DNA of 64,000 nt from Pseudomonadota bacterium (GCA_026388655.1 JAPLJI010000004.1:1543-65542), one strand, 5' to 3'; counted from the stretch's first letter, positions 29,033-40,217 are shown. Notes: generated from the letters alone by a model not told the origin. A program made the numbers and translations.

Positions 29033-30472
29033 TCATCTCCCCCATTTTCCCCCTTTGATCTTCTCCATCTCTTCCTTGATCTTTTTAGCATCGGGCGATT
29101 CCGGATCGTAAAATTCCAGAGCCTTATGAAAATGAAACCTGGCGTTTTCCAAGTCCCCGATCAGAAAATAACTCCGGCCCAGGTAATAATGAGCCTGCCC
29201 ATATTTTTCCATCTCGCCGTAAACAATGCCCAGCTCATAGCAGGCATCCACCAGGTCGTGATCCAGCGCGATCGCGCTTTCCAGGGCTTTGATCGCCGGT
29301 TCAGGTTTCTTGGCTTCATGGTAAGCCTGCCCCAAGGCTAAAAATAAACTTTTGTTCTTGGAATCTAGCTCGGTGGCCTGGCTGAAGCTTGCCGCGGCGG
29401 AATCGAAATCACCCTTTGGGAGGTAGACGTTTCCAAGCTCCCAGAGAATCTGCGCGTTCGGTCCGGACAAATCCAGGGCCTTACCGAGTTCAGCCAGCGC
29501 CTCGCCCCACATCTTCTGCCGCTGGTAAAGAAGCCCCAATCCGAAATGCAGATCCGGATTTTTAGGATCACTCTTCAACTTTTCATCAAAATAACCGCGG
29601 GCCACGTTAATCTCTTTATATTCCGCGATCAATTTGGCCTGGATCAGCTTCAGCCGGTCGGAACCAACCAGATTTATTGCCGCCGGGGAAGCGGGTGGAG
29701 ACAGGCTTTCCAGGTAACCGATCCTCTGGATCAGGGGCGGGTGGGTCTCGAGATAGGGAGCCAGGGTTCCGCTCTCGATCCCTTCTTCCTTCACCAGCCG
29801 TCCCAGAAAGCGGATGATCCCGTGCGGGTCGTAGCCGGCCCGGCTCAAATAGCCGATCCCGTACTGGTCAGCCTCCTCTTCATCCAACCGGGTGTATCCG
29901 AGCGCCACGCTTTCCACCCCGGCGATGGTCCCGGCGATAATGGCCTGGCCCGCTTGCGGATTCGGAACCATCATCCCGGCCATGATCCCGGCAATGGTGG
30001 GCAGGGCCATCCCCTGCTGCTGCTGGATCATCCGGGCGATATGGCGTCGGGCCACGTGGGCGATTTCATGACTCAGAACCCCAGCGAGCTCGGATTCATT
30101 ATTAGCCTCGCCGGCCAATCCGGCGGTAATAAAAATCTGCCCGGCCGGCCCCGCAAAGGCATTGATCCGGGGATCGGCCAGGATGTAAAAATGAAAGGGA
30201 AACGGCTGTTCCTGGGCCTGGACGGAGATTCGCTGGCCGATGGCGTCAAGATAGCCGGTGACAAAAGGATCATCGATAAATTTCACCGTTCTTTTAAGCT
30301 CGAATAAAAACATCTCACCCAGGCGTCCTTCCTCGGCCGGGCTGGGAAGAAAAATGCGGTTAAAGGGGCTGTCCTCCCGGATCCGCCAGAAGCAGCCGGC
30401 CAAAATACAATTGATAAAGATGAGTGAAAAGTAAAAAGGAAAAAGTAAAAAGGCTTTTCTTTTCTTATACAC
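29033..30472 (-). CDS. M48-family Zn-metalloprotease with C-terminal TPR repeats (BepA/YfgC-like)
   Basis: 479 aa, N-terminal signal/TM segment, HEIAH zinc motif, several TPR-like repeats in the C-terminal half. Confidence 0.8.
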   Translation of the reverse strand: MYKKRKAFLLFPFYFSLIFINCILAGCFWRIREDSPFNRIFLPSPAEEGRLGEMFLFELKRTVKFIDDPFVTGYLDAIGQRISVQAQEQPFPFHFYILADPRINAFAGPAGQIFITAGLAGEANNESELAGVLSHEIAHVARRHIARMIQQQQGMALPTIAGIMAGMMVPNPQAGQAIIAGTIAGVESVALGYTRLDEEEADQYGIGYLSRAGYDPHGIIRFLGRLVKEEGIESGTLAPYLETHPPLIQRIGYLESLSPPASPAAINLVGSDRLKLIQAKLIAEYKEINVARGYFDEKLKSDPKNPDLHFGLGLLYQRQKMWGEALAELGKALDLSGPNAQILWELGNVYLPKGDFDSAAASFSQATELDSKNKSLFLALGQAYHEAKKPEPAIKALESAIALDHDLVDACYELGIVYGEMEKYGQAHYYLGRSYFLIGDLENARFHFHKALEFYDPESPDAKKIKEEMEKIKGGKWGR

Positions 30473-30693
30473 AGCGTCTTAAGTAATTGCGCATTAATCG
30501 TCATTCCCGTCCCGTCATCGGCGGGAGGAATCCAGAAAAACAATCTGGATTCCGGGTCAAGCCCGGAATGACAAGGATTTTTGACATACACGCATAATTG
30601 TTTTGTTATTTATAATCATATCTAAATTACTCTTTGCTCTTTTTCCCTATGCGCTATGCGCTTTGCTTCTTGCTCTTTGCTCCTTGCCCCTGA

Positions 30694-33411
30694 TCAGTTG
30701 CTCAGTATTACCTCCCCCCGGTCGCCATCGACGGTGATCAGCTCGCCGTCCCGGATGATCCGGGTGGCTCCCTTAACGTTGATGACCCCGGGAATCCCGT
30801 ATTCCCGGGCCACGATCGAGCCATGGGACAACAGGCCCCCGACATCCACCACCAGTCCCCGGGCCACCAGGAAAAGCGGGGTCCAACCCGCGTCGGTTAC
30901 CGGGGCCACCAGGATCTCTCCCGGCAAAATCTTCGCCTCCGTCCGGGGGGAAAGAATCACCCGGGCTTTCCCGGTCACTCTCCCCGGGCTGACCGGGATG
31001 CCCTTTAATACCCGGGCGGAACGGTCCACCTCCGGGGTGGTCCGGGGCCGGGGGACCGGCCGGCCGCGGAATGATTCCGGGAGCTCGATCTCCTGGTTTA
31101 TCCGGTATTCTTCCCGGCGGCGCCGGATCCTGAGGGCGAGGTCGGGAGGAGGGGCCTCCCCCTTCACCAGGGGCAGGATTTCCTCGATCTTCAGGAAATA
31201 AAGATCCTCCGCGTTCCCGATTATTCCCTTTTCCCGGAGATGGCGGGAGAAAATCCGGCAGACCTTCTTGACCGTGTTGGCCCCCATCATCGCCAGGCCC
31301 TTCATTTCCTCCCGGAGCGGGATGAAGGTATGGCAGCCCCGGAGCACCTTGCGGAAAATCGGCTTCTGCCAGGATTTCAGGCGGGTTTCGACTTCCCGCG
31401 TCGCCTTCTCCCGTTCCAGCTTCTGCCTCTCCTCGATCCTGGAGGGATCCTGGCCCGGCTCGATCCCCAGGAAATTCTGGATCATCTCGAAAACGTAGCT
31501 CGGATCCTCCTCCCAGGATGGGAATATCACCTCGGCCTCGGAAACGCTCCGGAAGCCGTACCGGTCCAGGAATTGTTTAAGCTTCTCCCGGAACCTGGCG
31601 GCCGACTCGTTGCTTTCACCCTTCAGTTTTTCCCCGATCTCCCTCGCGCGGAAGGAAGTGAACAATGTTTTCAGCTCGGGAGAATCCATCACTGCCCGGG
31701 AAAGGTTATAGATTTCGAAGCTCGGGCGCGCGCTCTCCAGGTTGTTGAGGCCGGTCACGAGCCGCGCCGCCAGGCCGCCGTATTCATCCCCGAGCCAGCG
31801 GGCGGTGAGCTTCCTCAACGCCTCGAAGTAGCCGACGGCAAGCTGGCTGGCGGCGATATGCACGCCGAGAACCGCGGCCCCCTCTTCCTGCACCGCCGCC
31901 ATCCGGTCGGCGATCTCGGGCAGGGGAATACTGCGAAGGTTTTGCCTTTTTTCCTCCGCGATCCGGCGGAAGACCTCGGCGTGCCAGGACCGGGCCCGCC
32001 CGGGCACCTCCCTTTCGAATCGGATCGCCCGAAAGAGGAAACCCGGAAACCGGAGGTACTTGCGAAGCTCTTTTCGCCACGGCTCCCGGGGCGCTTCCTT
32101 CCCCATCCCCGGTATGGGCCGGTCAAACTCGGCGGCGGTGGCCCCCGGGATCTGGGCGGTCATCCCCCGGAAGGTAGTGATATTCAGGTGCGCCCGCCCG
32201 TAGAAGAAACCCAGGAAAATGTAGGGGGGCGGATTGGGCGGGAGTTTGAAGAGCCCGAGCTCCAGGTTAGGCAGGCGGAAACCATTTTCCAGGCCGATCA
32301 TTCCGGAAAGCGTGAAAGGAGTAAGCACCCCCGGTACCACCTCGCTGATGTTGGCCGAGGTAAACTCGGGGAAACGGGGATCAATCGGGGTATCAAATTC
32401 CGAAACCCATTCGGCGGGAAGTTTTTCTTCTTCCGGCTTTTCCTTTTTTACCGCCGCGATCCGGCGGGATTGCAGGATGAAGATTTCCTCCCCCACCCGG
32501 GCCCATTCGATATCCTGGGGCTGGCCATAATGTGATTCTATCTCCAGGCAGATCCGGGCCAGTTTCCGGATTTGGTCCCGAGATAGGCAGGGTTCCCGCC
32601 GGAGCTTTTCCTCCACCGGGATTTCCTTGCTGCCCTTACCCCGTTCCAGGTCCAGGATGATCTTGACCCGCTTTTCCCCGATCTCCTCTGATTGAATCGC
32701 GAGGTCGGCTTTCCGAACCGCGATCTGGTCCGGCTGGACCTTCCCGGAAACCACCGATTCACCCAGGCCAAAACTTGCGTTAATGAGCATTTCCTCGGTT
32801 CTTCCGCTCAAGGGATGCGCGGTAAAAACCACCCCGGCCGCCTCGGCCGGCACCATCATCTGAACTACCGGGGCGATAAACACCGCGGAATGGTCCAGGG
32901 AAAGCTTGTGGCGGGCCAGGGTGGCGCGGGAGGTAAACAAGGAGGCCCAGCACTTTACCACCTGCTGAATGAGTTCATCCTCACCCTTGACCCCGTAATA
33001 GGTGTCCATCTGGCCAGGGAAAGAGCTCCGGGAAAGATCATTGGTCCCGACCGAAGAGCGAACCGCAACCAGGGGAATCTGGTCTTCCCGGCCGAGGCGG
33101 CGATAGGCGGACTGGATCTCTTCCCGGATTTCCGGGGGGACCGGGGCCGCCGAAACAATCTCCCGGATACCCTGGGTTTTGGCCTCCAGGTCGGAGAGAT
33201 CGGTAAAATCAATGCGGCCAAGAATCTCGTTGATTTTCTCCGAGAGGAGGTTTTTTTCGAGAAAATCCTCAAAGGCGATCATCCGGACGCAGAAACCGTC
33301 GGGGACGGGGAACCCGGCCCGGGCGAGTTCGCCCAGATTGCCTCCTTTCCCTCCCACGAGGGAGATATCTTTAACCGAAATTTGGGAGAGAGGAACGGTG
33401 TATTTGTTCAT
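30694..33411 (-). CDS. PEP synthase-like (pyruvate, water dikinase family) PEP-utilising enzyme
   Basis: 905 aa. N-terminal PPDK_N-type ATP-grasp region (VGGKGGNLGEL) and C-terminal mobile domain with phosphohistidine motif GGLLSHGSIVAREYGIP. Confidence 0.8.
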   Translation of the reverse strand: MNKYTVPLSQISVKDISLVGGKGGNLGELARAGFPVPDGFCVRMIAFEDFLEKNLLSEKINEILGRIDFTDLSDLEAKTQGIREIVSAAPVPPEIREEIQSAYRRLGREDQIPLVAVRSSVGTNDLSRSSFPGQMDTYYGVKGEDELIQQVVKCWASLFTSRATLARHKLSLDHSAVFIAPVVQMMVPAEAAGVVFTAHPLSGRTEEMLINASFGLGESVVSGKVQPDQIAVRKADLAIQSEEIGEKRVKIILDLERGKGSKEIPVEEKLRREPCLSRDQIRKLARICLEIESHYGQPQDIEWARVGEEIFILQSRRIAAVKKEKPEEEKLPAEWVSEFDTPIDPRFPEFTSANISEVVPGVLTPFTLSGMIGLENGFRLPNLELGLFKLPPNPPPYIFLGFFYGRAHLNITTFRGMTAQIPGATAAEFDRPIPGMGKEAPREPWRKELRKYLRFPGFLFRAIRFEREVPGRARSWHAEVFRRIAEEKRQNLRSIPLPEIADRMAAVQEEGAAVLGVHIAASQLAVGYFEALRKLTARWLGDEYGGLAARLVTGLNNLESARPSFEIYNLSRAVMDSPELKTLFTSFRAREIGEKLKGESNESAARFREKLKQFLDRYGFRSVSEAEVIFPSWEEDPSYVFEMIQNFLGIEPGQDPSRIEERQKLEREKATREVETRLKSWQKPIFRKVLRGCHTFIPLREEMKGLAMMGANTVKKVCRIFSRHLREKGIIGNAEDLYFLKIEEILPLVKGEAPPPDLALRIRRRREEYRINQEIELPESFRGRPVPRPRTTPEVDRSARVLKGIPVSPGRVTGKARVILSPRTEAKILPGEILVAPVTDAGWTPLFLVARGLVVDVGGLLSHGSIVAREYGIPGVINVKGATRIIRDGELITVDGDRGEVILSN

Positions 33412-33568
33412 GACTTATAAGGGTTCAAGGGGTCGAGGGGCCAAGGGGTCGAGTGAATGATTGGAATCAATGAAATTAAATGGTAAAAATTGGTCATTGG
33501 TCATTATTAACGGGGAATTATTTGAAAATCTGAGACTAGATTTGAATCCAGGTTGACTCTATCAATTG

Positions 33569-34060
33569 CTATTCCGGGCTTCCGCTCCCCGGTTCCTGCG
33601 TCGCCTTCCGGGCCCGATCCACCATCGTGTCGTAACTGCCCCGGACGCTTCTCTCGACTTGATTGAGTATTTTCTTGGGGAAAGAAAGCTCGCGCTTGGT
33701 GTAATAGTTGTACACCCGGTCAAACTGGTATATCCCCAGGTTTACCGGGATGGAATAATCGATGGAGACCTCGAGGTATTCCCGATTCGGTCCCCACGCG
33801 ATTTTGATAATGTCATCGCTTAAGTTCACGCCATTGGCCGCGGCCTGGTCCGCAATCTCCTTTTCCAACTGGGCATCGCTCTTGTTCATTCCTTCGAGGG
33901 TAATATTCCCCACCGCGGTTTCAAACTTCCCGGCCTGCGTGGAAGATCCTACCATCTGAACCACCACGAAAATAATCGCGGCCGCCACCGCGACAAAGAT
34001 TATGATGCCGATAAGGGCGGAGCCATTTTCCTTCCCGATTCCCATATTTCGCATGCTCAT
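33569..34060 (-). CDS. Small membrane-anchored protein (DUF4845-like)
   Basis: 163 aa with one N-terminal TM helix followed by a soluble domain. Confidence 0.5.
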   Translation of the reverse strand: MSMRNMGIGKENGSALIGIIIFVAVAAAIIFVVVQMVGSSTQAGKFETAVGNITLEGMNKSDAQLEKEIADQAAANGVNLSDDIIKIAWGPNREYLEVSIDYSIPVNLGIYQFDRVYNYYTKRELSFPKKILNQVERSVRGSYDTMVDRARKATQEPGSGSPE

Positions 34061-34363
34061 AATTTAATCGAATTCCGCCATTTTGCCAACTTTGAACCCC
34101 ATTGAAAATTTACCATTTGTTTTTTTCAATAGGGTTCAAGGGTTCGAGGGTCCAAGGGAAAAATTTAAATTCAGCTCTGGATTCCTGCTTTGGCAGGAAT
34201 GACCTTATTTTTTTCATTCGTCAATCGTCATTCGTCAATCGTCAATCCTTTTTAACTCGAAACCCAAAACTCACAACTCGAAACTGTTATTACCCTTCGA
34301 CTCCTCGGCCCCTTGGACCCTAGAACCCTTGGACCCTGTTATAATTAATAGTTAGGGCTGGTC

Positions 34364-34741
34364 GGGCGGCCGCTCCGACGTCCGGGCAACCGGGCTCGGG
34401 GAGGAAAGTCCGGACTCCATAGGGCTGGGTGCCCGCTAACGACGGGTCAGGGTAACCCCAAATGGGGTAAACCTGAAGGAAAGTGCCACAGAAAACATAC
34501 CGCCCTGAGAGCAATCGAGGGGTAAGGGTGAAAAGGCGAGGTAAGAGCTCACCGCCCCGAAGGTAACTTCGGGGGCAGGGTAAACCCCACCCGGAGCAAG
34601 GCCAAATAAGGGAGCGTTTGAGGGTGGCCCGCCCGATGCTCCCGGGTAGGTTGCTTGAGGCCCCGGGTAACCGGGGTCCCAGAGAAATGGCCGCCGTTCC
34701 GCCTTAGGCGGGATACAGAATCCGGCTTATAGACCAGCCCC
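34364..34741 (+). ncRNA. rnpB: RNase P RNA, bacterial type A
   Basis: Contains GGAAAGTCCGGACTCCATAGGGC, the P4 region, AAGTGCCACAGAAAACATACCGCC, and a P1 pairing between gggcuggucg at the 5' end and agaccagccc at the 3' end. About 378 nt. Confidence 0.9.
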
Positions 34742-34874
34742 CTTTATTAATACTGAGCCCAGCGCTGAGAGCAAAGCGCATGGAGCACGGAGCATAGAGC
34801 AAAGAGCGGAGAATGAATTACCCCGCCCTCGGACCAGAAAACCCGCAAGCCGCGACTCAATCAATTCGAATTTT

Positions 34875-36434
34875 TTAGTAAATCAGCTGCCGCAGGAATC
34901 CCTGGCAGATGCCCTTAGCGACCACCCGCCCGGACATGGCCGAAAAGACCACCCCTCCCGGCCAGACGGAGTAATGCCCCGCGTTGAACAGGTTTTTAAT
35001 CGGGGTGCGGAAATTGACGTATTTGTCCTTCAATGGGCTCTGGAAGGAATCGTAGGTCCAGCCCATGATCGCCCCTTCCTCGTTCAGGGTCCAGCGCGAC
35101 ATCGACCGGGGCGTGGCCAGCTCCTTATACACCACCCTCTTCGCCAGCCCCGGGATGATGTACTCGGTCTTCCGGATGATATCTTCCAGGACCTTCTGCT
35201 TGAGCTCCCGGTATTCCGGGCTCCGGGCCATGGGATCTGCGGAGCCGGTCCCCCAGCCGTTCCGCCAGTGGTAGGAGGTGAAAACCTGGACGACCAGGGA
35301 GCTTTTACCCGGGGGGGCCAGATGGGGAAGGTCGAGGGAGGGCGCGCTGATAAAGGACCAGCCCTTGTTGTGGGCCTCCGGGTCGTAGATGTCCCGGGCC
35401 GCGGTTTCATAGGTGCGCCAGTAAATGGTGTGGTTGGTCTTCATATATTTGCGCAATTCCCCGGCGTCCATATCCAGCCCGAGGAAAGCCGAGCTGACCG
35501 CGGGGGTAAGCTGGCCGGCGGTAAAGATCTGCCGCTCCCGGTGATCCCATTCTTCCGGCCGGTCCAGCATGGTGTTGATCAGCCGCTTGAGGTTGCCGGC
35601 GTTGATGAAATAGTCGGCCTGGAAACGCTCCTTCCCGGAGGTCTCGACTTCGGTCGCAACCTTTCCCGAGGTAATCACCTTGTCCACGGTGGACTTGAAG
35701 CGGATCTCCCCGCCCCGCTCCCGGTAGGCGTCGGCCAGCTTGTTCATCAATCCCTGGAGGCCGGCCCGAGGATACCAGTAATCTTCGGTGAAGGTGTACC
35801 AGAAGATGTAATGCATCATCAGCGGCACGTTTTTGAGACTGCTTTCCCCGCAGAGGTAGAGCAGGCGCGGCTCGTCGGCGAACATCTCCAGGGCCTTTTC
35901 TTCGCCGGTGGTCTTCATCATCTCCCGGCCTTTCCGGACCATGAAACCGGCCCGGGACATCATCCGCAGGTTGGCGCGCACCTTCTCCCAGCCGTCCACC
36001 ACAAAGGGCTGGGGGCCGCCCCCGAACATCTTTCTCATGCTGTTGCAGATCGGCACGATGTAATCGAACCACTGGTCGACCCCGCGGGTTGAGCCGGGAA
36101 AGGCTTTTTTAAAGTCATCCCGCATCTGCCCGTATTCCAGGAAGGGGCAGTCGAGGTCGGGCGTGGCCCAGCGGAAGCGGGCCCGGATCCACTCGCCCGG
36201 GTCGTAGAGCCCGAGCTCCTTGAGGATGGGGAAGATGATCCCCACGTTCTCGGTTGACTGGTCGCCGCAGTCGAAGTAGAACCCCTGGCGCCAGATGCCG
36301 GACATGTTCCCCCCCACCTGGTGGCCGTGCTCGAGGATCAGGGAGCGCTTTCCCAGCTTCTGCAGGTGGAGGCCGGCGATGAGCCCGGCGATTCCGCCGC
36401 CAATAACGATGACGTCGTATTTATTGGAGGACAT
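34875..36434 (-). CDS. Phytoene-desaturase (CrtI)-family FAD-dependent oxidoreductase
   Basis: 519 aa, dinucleotide-binding motif DVIVIGGGIAGLIAG. Confidence 0.8.
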   Translation of the reverse strand: MSSNKYDVIVIGGGIAGLIAGLHLQKLGKRSLILEHGHQVGGNMSGIWRQGFYFDCGDQSTENVGIIFPILKELGLYDPGEWIRARFRWATPDLDCPFLEYGQMRDDFKKAFPGSTRGVDQWFDYIVPICNSMRKMFGGGPQPFVVDGWEKVRANLRMMSRAGFMVRKGREMMKTTGEEKALEMFADEPRLLYLCGESSLKNVPLMMHYIFWYTFTEDYWYPRAGLQGLMNKLADAYRERGGEIRFKSTVDKVITSGKVATEVETSGKERFQADYFINAGNLKRLINTMLDRPEEWDHRERQIFTAGQLTPAVSSAFLGLDMDAGELRKYMKTNHTIYWRTYETAARDIYDPEAHNKGWSFISAPSLDLPHLAPPGKSSLVVQVFTSYHWRNGWGTGSADPMARSPEYRELKQKVLEDIIRKTEYIIPGLAKRVVYKELATPRSMSRWTLNEEGAIMGWTYDSFQSPLKDKYVNFRTPIKNLFNAGHYSVWPGGVVFSAMSGRVVAKGICQGFLRQLIY

Positions 36435-36634
36435 GGATTCTCTCCTTTAACTGATCAGCCCGAAAATTACAGTTGAACCACAATTTTCGTCTGAAAGACC
36501 GCCAACAAAATTGTGGGCGGGGTTAACCCCACTGCTACGAAGGGCGGCCCTTCGGGCAAATTCCTCAAACTGAGGAATTTGGGTTGGCCGGGGTTTTCGC
36601 GCCGGTGCCCGGCTGGTCCGCTGAGTGCTGACCA

Positions 36635-37450
36635 TCAGCTGATCTCGACAAACGGTTCAATCCGCTTCTGGAAATTCTCCTTCAGCCGGGGATTGTCGAG
36701 TTTCAGTTTGATCGCCTTTTGGGGGCACAGGCGGGCGCAGCGGCCGCAGGCCCGGCATCTTTCGCTGATCACCGAGCGGCCGTCCTTGATGGTAATCGCC
36801 CCGATATAGCATCTCTCCGCGCAGGTGCCGCAGCCGACACATTCATCGGTCACCTCGACCGATAATCCTTCCAGGGGGATAAATATCTTGTCCAGGTGTT
36901 CGGTGGGTAGCCATCTCATGTTACGGGTGATGCAACAGCATTCGCAGCAAAAACAAACCGTCAGAAGCTTGCCCCGGTCCTTGATGCCGTAGATGAAATT
37001 GTCCACCCGGGCCTTGCCAAGCACGGGAACCAGGTCGGCCTTCATCGCTTTTTCCAGATGCTGGAGGGCTTCTTTTTCCGAGGCCATGTGGCTTAAGCTC
37101 TGGGGCACCTCCCGGGCGGATTCCCCCATGAGCAAACAGCCGATCTCCTCGGGGTAATGTTGGCATTCCCAGGCCTTGCGGCAACCGCAGAAATCCACAA
37201 TCGCCCGGTACTTGGATTTGCGGATGTAATCCGCCACCAGCTCCGGGGGCAGAGGGGTATTGGCAGTCCTCTCGATATCCTGATTGACCGGAAGCCAGCT
37301 GATATTGGTCTTATCGGTTCGGGTCCAGGGATGGTGGTCACGCAGGACAGGAAGAGAACCCACCCGGAAAATCGCCCGCATGAACCGCATCCCCATCCGC
37401 ATCATGGGAGGCCAGGTGGATTGCTCGACAAAAGCTTTCTTTCTGGGCAT
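36635..37450 (-). CDS. Cys-rich Fe-S protein with two ferredoxin-type [4Fe-4S] motifs and an unusual CFCCECCC motif (paralogue 1)
   Basis: 271 aa with CxxCxxCxxxC x2 (CVGCGTCAERC, CRACGRCARLCP) plus DFCGCRKAWECQHYP and CFCCECCC motifs. Confidence 0.65.
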   Translation of the reverse strand: MPRKKAFVEQSTWPPMMRMGMRFMRAIFRVGSLPVLRDHHPWTRTDKTNISWLPVNQDIERTANTPLPPELVADYIRKSKYRAIVDFCGCRKAWECQHYPEEIGCLLMGESAREVPQSLSHMASEKEALQHLEKAMKADLVPVLGKARVDNFIYGIKDRGKLLTVCFCCECCCITRNMRWLPTEHLDKIFIPLEGLSVEVTDECVGCGTCAERCYIGAITIKDGRSVISERCRACGRCARLCPQKAIKLKLDNPRLKENFQKRIEPFVEIS

Positions 37451-37534
37451 GTTAACCTTCGTTGACCGCTTGAGGATCGTTCCGATAGTTTAAAACATTC
37501 CCAGGCGAATTTTGTATATCGGCTTCCTCTGCGG

Positions 37535-39151
37535 CTACTTTTTTTCCCTCGCCAGGATCATCTTCGCGGTTTCCAGGCCGGAGAGGAGGACCGCGGACTG
37601 ACCGCCTCCCGGGAAGGTCCAGGCCCCGGCGAGATAGAGATTGTTGATCGGGGTCTTCTGCGGCAGCCGCTTGAACATGCTCTGGTTGATACTGTATTCC
37701 CAGCCGAAGATCGTGCCTTTCGGATTCAAGGTGTACTTTTCCATGGTTTTGGGGGTTCCCACTTCCATGATTTCAATCGAGGATTTGAGGCTGGGAACGA
37801 TTTTCACGCCCCGCTCGATAAACTTCTGCGCCACCTCTTCCTTGAGGGCTTTGTATTTATCGTAACCCTGGCTCAAGAGCCAGTCACCCTTATAGTCATA
37901 AGGCATCATCGAAACCAGGGCGATCACGTTCTTGCCCTTCGGGGCGTCGGTCGGATCCGCCATGGTGTAATTAATCACACCGAACATGGCTTTCTCCGGG
38001 ATGCCTTCGCGGAAGTATCGGAAGGTCTCCGCCTGGTCCCAACCGGGGTTGACGAAATAAGAATGGATTCCGGGGGGGAATTCACCGGTTAAATCCTTGT
38101 TCACCCCCAGGTAGACGGCGTAAGCGGAGGCCCCGATTTTCATGGTTTCGAGCTTCTGCAAATAGTCCTTGGGCAGGTACTCACGGCCGATCAGCTTGAA
38201 AAAGGTATCGGGCGCGTTGGCATTCGAGACCACATACCGGCAGGGGAATTCCTTCCCGTCCTTGGTCTGGACCGCCGTGGCCAATCCGTCTTTCATCACG
38301 ATCTTGGTAACCAGGGTGTTGAGCAGGACCTTGCCCCCGTGCTCTTGGACGACCTCGGCCAGGGCTTTCGTCACTGCCTGCGACCCGCCCTCGAAATAGT
38401 AGAACCCGTGAAAGTGATAACTGATCCACATCATCGCGAAGAGCATGCCGGAAACATTGTCCGGATCAATGCCGGTGTAGGCCATCAGCTGGGTAAAGAG
38501 CGTGAAGAGCTTCGGGTCCTTGATATATTTACCGAGCGTGTCGGTGCTGTTCCCTGTCCAAAACTTACCGAGGATCCAGAGCTTGCAGGGACTGGTTAGA
38601 ATTTTGAGAAGCGAGCCCGCCACATTCTTTTTATCCTGGAGGTTCATGAGATTCATCATGATGTAGTCTATGGACTGAAGCTCCTTCCAGAGCTTGTCTA
38701 TCCCCTTGGACTCGCCGGGGAATTTTTCCTTGAGGAGCTGCCGGTATTTCTCGGCATCGGCGGGGATGTCGAAGTAGGTATCCGGGAAAACCGACCTGTA
38801 GGCGGGATCGGTCTTGTGGAGTTTGACCTTTTTATCGATCCCGAGATCGTCAAACGCCTCGATCCCCATCCCATCCATGGCGTGGAGCGAGACCTCAAAC
38901 CGGTAATCCCCCCGCTCAAAGGCACTCATGTAGCCGCCGACTTTGTCGTGCTGTTCGATGACCAGGACCTTCAGGCCTCCCAGGGCGAGCTTGGCGGCCG
39001 CCGCCATTCCCCCTCCCCCCGCGCCGACCACCACCGCGTCATAACCGTCCGGGCTGAGCTTGGCCTTGACCGGTCCCTGCGAGCAGGAATACCCGGCGAA
39101 AACCAGGAATAAAAAAGCCAGCACCCAAGAAATCTTCTTTGCTCTCTTCAT
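37535..39151 (-). CDS. CrtI-family FAD-dependent oxidoreductase, probable lipoprotein
   Basis: 538 aa with a signal peptide and lipobox-like FAGYSC. FAD motif DAVVVGAGGGGMAAA. Confidence 0.8.
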   Translation of the reverse strand: MKRAKKISWVLAFLFLVFAGYSCSQGPVKAKLSPDGYDAVVVGAGGGGMAAAAKLALGGLKVLVIEQHDKVGGYMSAFERGDYRFEVSLHAMDGMGIEAFDDLGIDKKVKLHKTDPAYRSVFPDTYFDIPADAEKYRQLLKEKFPGESKGIDKLWKELQSIDYIMMNLMNLQDKKNVAGSLLKILTSPCKLWILGKFWTGNSTDTLGKYIKDPKLFTLFTQLMAYTGIDPDNVSGMLFAMMWISYHFHGFYYFEGGSQAVTKALAEVVQEHGGKVLLNTLVTKIVMKDGLATAVQTKDGKEFPCRYVVSNANAPDTFFKLIGREYLPKDYLQKLETMKIGASAYAVYLGVNKDLTGEFPPGIHSYFVNPGWDQAETFRYFREGIPEKAMFGVINYTMADPTDAPKGKNVIALVSMMPYDYKGDWLLSQGYDKYKALKEEVAQKFIERGVKIVPSLKSSIEIMEVGTPKTMEKYTLNPKGTIFGWEYSINQSMFKRLPQKTPINNLYLAGAWTFPGGGQSAVLLSGLETAKMILAREKK

Positions 39152-39344
39152 TTTACCCTCCTTAGATAGTGTGGCTGCTTTTAACGATTTTCTTCCAGTA
39201 TAACCATATTTAAGTTTGCATAGAATTTTATGTTTATCAAGAAAAGAGAATCTTCCTTGAAAAATACATTATTTTGCGATTATTTTACATATTGCGCTTA
39301 TTTTACATTTCTGATAACTTGGAAAACAGAAAAAATTTCAATAT

Positions 39345-40217
39345 ATGATTCCGGTAAAATTTAAAAACATTCTCTCTTCCCCCGAAGATAAGTTTCGCCT
39401 CACCCGGCTTTTTATTCCCCCGGGCAGCCAGATCTACGGCCATTCGCACGACTTTGCCGAAGTTAACTGGATGGACAGCGGGGAGGCTTTGCACGTGGTC
39501 AATGGGGAATCGGTTTTAATGAGGCCCAACCACCTAGTTATGATCCGGAAGAAAGATAAACACGAATTCCGGAATACCGGCGAAAGCCCTTTTATCCTGG
39601 TCAGCCTCGCGTTTCGAGAGGAAATCCTCGGGGATATCCGCGAACGGTATTTCCCCGACAATCCATCATTTTTCGGGGGCGATTCCAAGCTGCCCAGGAT
39701 GGTGGAACTCGACGGCAACCTCCGCCGTCATGCCGATGAACTCGTGGACCTGATGCTCTACTCCCCGCGCACCCAGTTTTACCTCGACCTGCTGCTTTTG
39801 AATCTGCTTTTCCTCATCGAAAACCAGCCTTCCCGGGAAATCCCGCCTTTATGTCCCGACTGGCTGAAGCGGGCTTACGGCACGATCCAGAATCCGGAAT
39901 TGTTAACCGGCGGGGTAAAAAACTTTCAAAAACTTTGCGGCAAATCCGCCACCCATGTATCCCGGGCCTGCCAGAAGTGGTTTAAGGCCACCCCCTCGGA
40001 GGTGGTCAACCGCTTCCGGATGGACTTTGCCGCCCGGGAGCTGGCCGGAACCGAACGCCCGATCGTCGAAATCTGCCTGGGCATGGGTTTCGATTCCCTG
40101 AGCCATTTCTACAGCCTGTTTAAAAAACGCCACGGCATTTCCCCCCGAGGATACCGCCTCCGGAACCGGGGGGGAACCTTTGCCGGAGAGATAAATAATG
40201 GATATCCCATTCATTGA
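39345..40217 (+). CDS. AraC-family transcriptional regulator (N-terminal cupin, C-terminal HTH_AraC)
   Basis: 290 aa with two AraC-type helix-turn-helix units in the C-terminal 100 residues. Confidence 0.8.
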   Translation: MIPVKFKNILSSPEDKFRLTRLFIPPGSQIYGHSHDFAEVNWMDSGEALHVVNGESVLMRPNHLVMIRKKDKHEFRNTGESPFILVSLAFREEILGDIRERYFPDNPSFFGGDSKLPRMVELDGNLRRHADELVDLMLYSPRTQFYLDLLLLNLLFLIENQPSREIPPLCPDWLKRAYGTIQNPELLTGGVKNFQKLCGKSATHVSRACQKWFKATPSEVVNRFRMDFAARELAGTERPIVEICLGMGFDSLSHFYSLFKKRHGISPRGYRLRNRGGTFAGEINNGYPIH

